Shown here piece by piece: positions 7,951 through 10,598 of a stretch of DNA of 10,598 nt. Origin of the DNA: Nitrospinaceae bacterium. Its GTDB lineage: Bacteria > Nitrospinota > Nitrospinia > Nitrospinales > VA-1. A program made the translations under genes and the position numbers. The notes beneath the pieces are model-generated. The model was given only the letters and a program-made list of their open reading frames with translations. It had not been told where the DNA came from and searched no databases. The stretch is taken from contig JBHHVU010000079.1 in assembly GCA_046754465.1 (NCBI GenBank), positions 1 to 10,598 on the forward strand. Direction: 5' to 3'. Each line of letters opens with the position of its first letter. The first letter of the stretch is position 1.

Positions 7951-8418
7951 ATGATATCTCAAACGGCAGAGTATGCCCTGCGGTCGGTGGTTTGTCTCGC
8001 CGCCTGCCCGGATAGCCCGCTCACTTCCCGGCAGGTAAGCCGTGTCACCCAGGTGCCGGTGAGTTATTTGTCCAAGGTGCTCCAGGCGCTTGTCAGAGCG
8101 GGAATTGTTCGGTCCCAGCGGGGGTTGCATGGCGGATTTTCCCTATCGAAAAACCCCGGGGAGTTGACTCTCCTAGAGGTGATCAACTCCGTGGATCCCA
8201 TCCGCCTTATCCGGAAGTGTCCGCTGGACCTGGAAGAACATGGGGGCGAACTTTGCCCTCTTCACAGAAGGTTGAACGATTCCATTAAAATGATCGAAAA
8301 GGCCTACCAGGAAACCACGGTCCAGGACCTCTTGACGGACCCCTCTCCCAACCGGCCCCTGTGCGATTTCACCGCGGGGGAAAAGGAAATTTTAAATAAC
8401 GTAGGAGAGAGAGGCTGA
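7951..8418 (+). CDS. Rrf2 family transcriptional regulator
   Basis: MISQTAEYALR, YLSKVLQALVRAGIVRSQRGLHGGFSL winged HTH, and C90-x11-C102-x2-H105. ATG at 7951 preferred over the TTG at 7876. Confidence 0.95.
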   Translation: MISQTAEYALRSVVCLAACPDSPLTSRQVSRVTQVPVSYLSKVLQALVRAGIVRSQRGLHGGFSLSKNPGELTLLEVINSVDPIRLIRKCPLDLEEHGGELCPLHRRLNDSIKMIEKAYQETTVQDLLTDPSPNRPLCDFTAGEKEILNNVGERG

Positions 8419-8516
8419 ACACGGCCGGAACCTCACTCCTTTTTTTTGAACCCGTGCCGGCATGATTCCTTTCAGGCGCCAGGGTATGAATGGACCGGTG
8501 GAAAGCTAAATTTATC

Positions 8517-9125
8517 ATGAATGAAAAAGTCGAAAAGAAATTCGCCGTTCTGGATGTCGAACTGACGCCCAATCCCAATGCGTTCAAATACGTGCTGGAT
8601 GCTCCGGTAATTAAATCCGGTGCCCGGTCGATCACCTCGGATGATGAGACGCCGGGAGATTCCTTTGCCCGGGCGGTCTTCGCCCTGGGTCCGATCCAAA
8701 GCATTTACCTGGCTGAAAATTTTGTTACCGTGACGTTTTACCCACACCCTAAACTGGATCTTCTGGTGGACGCGGTGGAGGAGATCATCGAAAGCTACCT
8801 GAATTTTTATGAGCTGTCCGAACCGGAAAAAGAGGAGAAAAAGGATTCGATTCTCACCCATCTGGATGAAATCGATTTTCCTAACCTGCCGGATGAGGAA
8901 AAGGCGGCGGTGATCGACGCCCTGTTCGATGAAACGGTCCGCCCCGCCCTTGCGGGCGACGGCGGCGGCCTGACCATATTGGGATTTGAAGACGATACCC
9001 TCCGTATCCGGTACCAGGGGGCATGCGGAAGCTGCCCCAGTTCATCGACCGGCACCCTTCGCGCCATCCAGAATATTCTTCGGAACCACCTTAAAGAAGA
9101 TATCCGCGTCGTCTCCTCGGCCTGA
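8517..9125 (+). CDS. NFU1/NifU-family Fe-S cluster carrier (Nfu_N domain + NifU C-terminal domain)
   Basis: TPNPNAFKY...FVTVT (Nfu_N) and VRPALAGDGG...YQGACGSCPSS (CxxC NifU-C domain). The start could be 8517 or 8490. Confidence 0.92.
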   Translation: MNEKVEKKFAVLDVELTPNPNAFKYVLDAPVIKSGARSITSDDETPGDSFARAVFALGPIQSIYLAENFVTVTFYPHPKLDLLVDAVEEIIESYLNFYELSEPEKEEKKDSILTHLDEIDFPNLPDEEKAAVIDALFDETVRPALAGDGGGLTILGFEDDTLRIRYQGACGSCPSSSTGTLRAIQNILRNHLKEDIRVVSSA

Positions 9126-9127
9126 CC

Positions 9128-9270
9128 GGGCGGCGAACCGCCACTGGTGGTATTATCATACTTTATATGGCAGACCGGGATCGGCAGGCGATTGAGACAG
9201 GACCTATCTCCCTCCGGCGTGGCCCGGGCGGCGATGATGCCAGGACCTATTCCCTCCCCCGTGGGGGGCG
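9128..9270 (+). repeat. Dispersed intergenic element, copy C (with internal tandem duplication)
   Basis: Leading hairpin ggcgg-cgaa-ccgcc (9129-9142). Two tandem sub-units, GGCGATTGAGACAGGACCTATCTCCCTCC (9187-9215) and GGCGATGATGCCAGGACCTATTCCCTCC (9230-9257). Matches copies A and B. Confidence 0.85.
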
Positions 9271-9291
9271 TTTTAAGCGATGGGAGCGATT

Positions 9292-9492
9292 ATGAAGAGG
9301 ATGTTTCGGTATCTTCTGGCATTCGATGCCGCGGATGGCACCAAAATGGTGGCGGAATTCAACTCCAACGACGAATATTTGAGTTTTAAAAAGGAACTGG
9401 ACACACAAGGCTTGCCCAACCAACTGGTCAATGAAAGAGAATTCGAGTCCTTGAAGTACCGGGGCGCCGGTTACCTGGATCTACGGGATTGA
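9292..9492 (+). CDS. Small hypothetical protein (66 aa)
   Basis: GGGAG RBS 5 nt before ATG 9292. Protein-like composition, and it fills an otherwise empty gap. No family recognised. Confidence 0.65.
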   Translation: MKRMFRYLLAFDAADGTKMVAEFNSNDEYLSFKKELDTQGLPNQLVNEREFESLKYRGAGYLDLRD

Positions 9493-9584
9493 TCCAGGAA
9501 CAAGCGCACGGGTTTTCCGGCGGCAGGGTCACGAGATTCCTGGAATCCCGAATTCATCCTGCCGCGCCCACCTCTATCCTGTTT

Positions 9585-10115
9585 TTAAGGCTCTTCCGGG
9601 GATCCTTCTTCCCTGAACATTTCGTGTTCCAAACGCAATTGGGCGGCCGCCAGGTCGACGCTGCATCCCTGAACTTTATCCGCCAACATCTGGTTATACA
9701 ATAACACCTGGTTATTCAGGAGGCGGACTTCCAACATATTCCGGATGCGGATGGAGACTTCGAGCAAATCGAAGGGTTTGCTAAGGAAATCCTTGGCTCC
9801 GGCATCCAACGCGTTGATGCGAGTCTGGTGGTCGGGCTGGGCCGTCAGAATCATGACCGGCGCGTAATATTCCTTCTCGATTTCCTTGAGTTGTTCCAGG
9901 ACCTGGAATCCGTTCATATGCGGCATATTCAAATCCAGCAAGACCAATTCCGGATTGATCGTCCGGTATTGCGCCGCGGCTTCGCGGGGATCGGTCAGGC
10001 TATGCACGGACGTGTATCCTTCCTGCTTGAGCATTTGTTCCAGGAGCATCACATTGGCGGGTTCATCGTCCACGATCAGGATCCTGGCGTTATGAATCTG
10101 TTCGGTGGTAATCAT
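9585..10115 (-). CDS. Response regulator: receiver domain plus short helical tail, no output domain
   Basis: ILIVDD, LVLLDLNMPHMNG (phospho-Asp), ILTA and DFLSKPF motifs. ATGA overlap with the upstream gene. Confidence 0.92.
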   Translation of the reverse strand: MITTEQIHNARILIVDDEPANVMLLEQMLKQEGYTSVHSLTDPREAAAQYRTINPELVLLDLNMPHMNGFQVLEQLKEIEKEYYAPVMILTAQPDHQTRINALDAGAKDFLSKPFDLLEVSIRIRNMLEVRLLNNQVLLYNQMLADKVQGCSVDLAAAQLRLEHEMFREEGSPEEP

Positions 10116-10597
10116 AATTTATTCTCCAGACTGTTTTGACATTGCGTTTGGGTAAAGGGTTCGGGGCTCAGACAACGATCGATGGCATTGATGAATTCCG
10201 GAACGTTGAACGGTTTGGTGATGTAAGAATGAAACCCCGCGGCCATGATGTGTTTGATGTCCGATTCCATGGCATTGGCGCTCACGGCGATCACCGGGAT
10301 ATCCCGGGTTTCTTCATGGAGCTTCAGTTTTTTCATGGCCGTGACGCCGTCCATTCCGGGCAGATGGATATCCATGAGAATCAGGTCCGGCTGGTGGGCG
10401 CGTGCGAGCTCGATTCCCAACAGCGCCTCGGGAGCGGAAAACAGGGTGATATCATTCCGGGGCTTGATGATTTGCTTGACCAGTTCAAGGTTGGCCGGGT
10501 TGTCCTCGACATAAAGCAAAACGTGGTTTTGTCCATTGGGCGCCGCCGGGAGACTCCCCTCGGTGGGGAGGAAGGGTGCCGAGTCTACCCGGGGCTG
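10112..10597 (-). CDS. C-terminal receiver domain of a probable hybrid sensor histidine kinase (5'-partial)
   Basis: LYVEDNPAN, LILMDIHLPGMDG, VSANA and YITKPF motifs. The frame stays open through a Pro-rich linker (QPRVDSAPFLPTEGSLPAAPNGQNHV) to the window edge. The kinase domain itself is not visible. Confidence 0.85.
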   Translation of the reverse strand, partial: QPRVDSAPFLPTEGSLPAAPNGQNHVLLYVEDNPANLELVKQIIKPRNDITLFSAPEALLGIELARAHQPDLILMDIHLPGMDGVTAMKKLKLHEETRDIPVIAVSANAMESDIKHIMAAGFHSYITKPFNVPEFINAIDRCLSPEPFTQTQCQNSLENKL

Positions 10598-10598
10598 C

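Noticed and set aside
7951..8418. Assigning the symbol nsrR or iscR
   Set aside because: The canonical three-Cys pattern is absent and there is no isc/suf operon in the window.
8419..8462. Terminator or attenuator between the Rrf2 and NFU1-like genes (T-run at 8440-8447)
   Set aside because: No convincing stem immediately before the T-run.
9187..9270. Possible mini-CRISPR array
   Set aside because: Only two degenerate units with a ~14-nt spacer, and no cas genes in the window.
242..10514. Numerous antisense or alternate-frame ORFs in the track (e.g. 242-742, 1455-2024, 5249-5908, 5533-6144, 7106-7537, 8472-8861)
   Set aside because: They overlap well-supported genes and are the expected shadow ORFs of GC-rich coding DNA.
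10554..10570. CTCCCC-tcggt-GGGGAG hairpin in the kinase linker as another repeat copy
   Set aside because: A 6-bp stem in GC-rich coding DNA with none of the element's core motifs; could be chance.

Overview
Bacterial chromosomal window, mostly GC-rich, with AT-rich intergenic stretches at ~4525-4980 and ~7780-7950. It holds 11 plausible CDSs. In order: a hypothetical protein with a DUF6065/dUTPase-like C-terminus (-), a DAACS (GltP-type) symporter (+), a secreted 7-blade FG-GAP + CARDB protein (-), a CAD/Ahr-type Zn alcohol dehydrogenase and an FAH-family protein (+), Ric/YtfE (-) divergent from an Rrf2 regulator and an NFU1-like Fe-S carrier (+), a 66-aa ORF (+), and two receiver-domain genes (-; the last runs off the window). 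Two non-coding patterns are not explained by the genes. (1) A dispersed ~100-140 bp intergenic element has three clear copies and one partial copy, always just downstream of a gene 3' end and in that gene's orientation; its leading hairpin changes sequence but keeps its pairing. (2) A ~40 bp in-frame duplicate of the symporter's 3' end lies 2401 bp downstream and brackets the FG-GAP gene like attL/attR. All alignments and family calls were made by eye; no searches were run.
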